A stretch of 64,000 nt of DNA from Burkholderiales bacterium (GTDB lineage Bacteria; Pseudomonadota; Gammaproteobacteria; Burkholderiales; SG8-39). The stretch lies in the NCBI GenBank assembly GCA_014860395.1, contig JACZJU010000071.1:25248-89247 (forward strand). Direction: 5' to 3'. The stretch's first letter is position 1. Each line of letters opens with the position of its first letter. The notes under the pieces were generated by a model, which saw only the letters and a program-made list of their open reading frames with translations, did not search any database and was not told where the DNA came from. Shown in pieces: positions 62,047-64,000 of this stretch. The position numbers and the translations under genes were made by a program.

Positions 62047-63633
62047 TTGGGCACTCCGGTAGTTCAGCCCGGCCCTTTGGGCTCCTATGCGGTCGAGCCC
62101 GGCACCGTCGGCCCCTGCCACGTCGCGCCCGACGCCCTGCAGGGGATCAAGCGCCAGCAGACCAATCCAGCGCGCTGGAACGGCCCGAACTGGGACGAGT
62201 TTTCCACTGCGGTTCGCGCGCACGGCATCGACCTTCGGGAAACCATCGCGGCACGCGCTGCTTTCGCCACAGACGCCGGCGGCACCGCCCACGGTCTGGC
62301 GCACGGCGTGGTCATTGCACGCAGCACCGAACAAGTCGCGCTGCTGCTGCGCGCCGCGCAGGAGTACCGCGTGCCGGTCACCGTTTGCGGCGGCGGTTTG
62401 ACCACCGAGGGCGAAACGGTCGCGTTCGGCGGCGTGTTGCTGGACATGACCGGCATGAGTCGGGTGCTAGCGATCGACGCCAACGCGCTGACGGTGCGCA
62501 CCGAGGCCGGGATCTTCTGGCACAGCCTGGCCGAGGAACTGCGCCGACAGGACCTGGACTATCTGTCCGCCCCGCTCAACCTGACATCGTCGGTCGGCGG
62601 CACCCTGGGCGTGGGCGGCATAGACGTGAATTCGGCGCGCCTGGGCTGCAGCGCCGACCAGGCCCTGGCGCTGCAGGTGGTCACGCCGACGGGAGACATC
62701 GTCGAATGCTCGGATACGCACAATGCCGAGTTGTTCCAGCGGGTAATCCTCGGCTACGGCCAGTTCGGCGTGATCACTGAAGCCACGCTGCGCGTGCGCC
62801 GCTACACGCCTTTGCGCATGCATTATTTCTACTATGCGTCGCTCGCCACCGCAATCGAGGATTTGCAGCTGCTCGACCGCAACGACGCCAGCGACTATTC
62901 CGGCATTCTGACCATCATGGATTGCGCGGTGAATGTCCTCGTCGCCTTCGACTCGACCGAGCGCGAAGCGGCGTTCATGGCCAATTGGCGAGGGCGCCTG
63001 CGCGGTTACGGCGAACTCGGTTTCGGCCTGCGCATGCTTGCCCACTATGCCCTGCGGCCGTGGAAGCTCGGCGAAGCCTGGTATCTGCTGCAGCGCAAGC
63101 GCGAGCTGTTTCCCGAACTGCGGCGCCCGGAATACATGCGCGACGGCACCATGTTCGACCGCAGCGTGGTGTTCTCGCGGGCGGTGTGGAAGTTCTGGGG
63201 CAGCCGGCAGATGGTCATTCCTGACCTTGCGACTTCGGCGGCCAAATTCGTCGAGGCGGTGGAGCGCGGCAACGCAGTCTGCCGCAAGTATTTTCCGCGT
63301 TACACGCTCTATCTGGTCGGCATCAAGCTGCGGCCCGAGCACCTCGCACACTACGAAATGTCCTGCATCCCGCCCGACGCCGAAGGCTGGGCTTATGGTT
63401 GCGAATTCGAGCCGATGCTCGATGGCCGGGCGTACAGCCGAGACTATCTGCAGTCCTTCAAGAACGAGATTTACGACATCGGCGTGGACATGGGAGCGAG
63501 CTACTATCGCTTCGGCGGCATGATGAAAGGCTATATCCGGCGCGTGTTCGGCGATGCGGTGGTGGACCGGCACCTCGCGCTGAAGCGCGCGGCCGACCCG
63601 GCGATGATCCTCAATCGGCACGTGATTTTCTGA
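62047..63633 (+). CDS. FAD-binding (PCMH-type, FAD_binding_4) oxidoreductase with long C-terminal domain
   Basis: 528 aa; VVIARSTEQVALLLRAAQEYRVPVTVCGGGLTTEGETV...LLDMTGMSRVLAID is a typical FAD-binding domain. Only TTG starts are available (62047 or 62077). Confidence 0.7.
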   Translation: MGTPVVQPGPLGSYAVEPGTVGPCHVAPDALQGIKRQQTNPARWNGPNWDEFSTAVRAHGIDLRETIAARAAFATDAGGTAHGLAHGVVIARSTEQVALLLRAAQEYRVPVTVCGGGLTTEGETVAFGGVLLDMTGMSRVLAIDANALTVRTEAGIFWHSLAEELRRQDLDYLSAPLNLTSSVGGTLGVGGIDVNSARLGCSADQALALQVVTPTGDIVECSDTHNAELFQRVILGYGQFGVITEATLRVRRYTPLRMHYFYYASLATAIEDLQLLDRNDASDYSGILTIMDCAVNVLVAFDSTEREAAFMANWRGRLRGYGELGFGLRMLAHYALRPWKLGEAWYLLQRKRELFPELRRPEYMRDGTMFDRSVVFSRAVWKFWGSRQMVIPDLATSAAKFVEAVERGNAVCRKYFPRYTLYLVGIKLRPEHLAHYEMSCIPPDAEGWAYGCEFEPMLDGRAYSRDYLQSFKNEIYDIGVDMGASYYRFGGMMKGYIRRVFGDAVVDRHLALKRAADPAMILNRHVIF

Positions 63634-63638
63634 CGGTC

Positions 63639-64000
63639 ATGCTGAGCCTCGCAAAGAACGCGCCTCAACCGGATAAGGATTTTGCCTCCTGCAGCGGCTG
63701 CGGCCTGTGCCTGCTGGTGTGCCCGGTATGGCGCCGCACCCACGATCTGGCCCTCACACCGCTAGGTCGCGCCAAAGCGCTGCAGCACGGCGCGAACGCC
63801 GCCGACATCGCCGTTTCGGTCCAAAGCTGTACTCTGTGCGCAGCCTGCGAACCGGTCTGCCCGGAGGATATCGGTCTGGTCGAGATGACCTTGGACCTGC
63901 GCCGTCGACTGCCGCAGCCTGAAGGTGAGCAGGCGCGGATGCAGGAGCAGACAGCGCGGCCGCCGGCGCCGCAGCCCGCGGCAACAGCCGTCTTGATCCC
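63639..64000 (+). CDS. 4Fe-4S dicluster protein, GlcF-like (partial; runs off window end)
   Basis: Open-ended, so absent from the ORF track. Own translation from ATG 63639: MLSLAKNAPQPDKDFASCSGCGLCLLVCPV...SCTLCAACEPVCPEDIG. Confidence 0.7.
   Translation, partial: MLSLAKNAPQPDKDFASCSGCGLCLLVCPVWRRTHDLALTPLGRAKALQHGANAADIAVSVQSCTLCAACEPVCPEDIGLVEMTLDLRRRLPQPEGEQARMQEQTARPPAPQPAATAVLI

Overview
GC-rich chromosomal core segment (about 58-67% GC in hand-counted coding lines). Gene order looks betaproteobacterial, which is an inference from synteny only. About 70 protein genes are present and nearly all are recognisable housekeeping functions. On the minus strand: tolB-tolA-tolR-tolQ-ybgC, ruvB-ruvA-ruvC, yebC, then ychF-pth-rplY-prs-tRNA-Gln-ispE-lolB. 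These are followed by mutM, coaD, rsmD, a paired M16 peptidase, and ftsY-ftsE-ftsX-rpoH. An aa3-type cytochrome c oxidase cluster follows (SCO, ctaB, SURF1, coxC, coxA, coxB plus small accessory proteins). The rest comprises comF-trmL-gpsA-secB-grxC, gpmA-envC-ctpA-moeB, slmA, argB, hslVU, xerC-DUF484-dapF, two lpxL-type acyltransferases, and metK / SAH riboswitch-ahcY-metF. There is one tRNA. I saw no rRNA, CRISPR array, transposase, integrase or prophage block. I did not find a convincing new multi-gene system such as a defence-island-like cluster, and most of the window is ordinary core genome. Four things stand out. (1) An orphan 186-aa gene with AT-richer flanks lies between an amidase/bioC-like pair and comF. 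(2) A dispersed family of terminator-shaped G5/C5 hairpin repeats with conserved flanks has at least 10 copies, several inside the tol and cox operons. (3) Two copies of a 70-nt element carry an identical 19-nt tail and compensatory changes in a 20-22 bp stem. (4) Several local oddities: CTAG-rich 18-bp palindromes between tRNA-Gln and prs, a relic ruvC 5' end, a 48-bp tandem duplication of the metF terminus, 18-bp tandem repeats upstream of coxB, and a bioC-like gene with no canonical start. Every functional call rests on motif recognition from memory; no database search was run.
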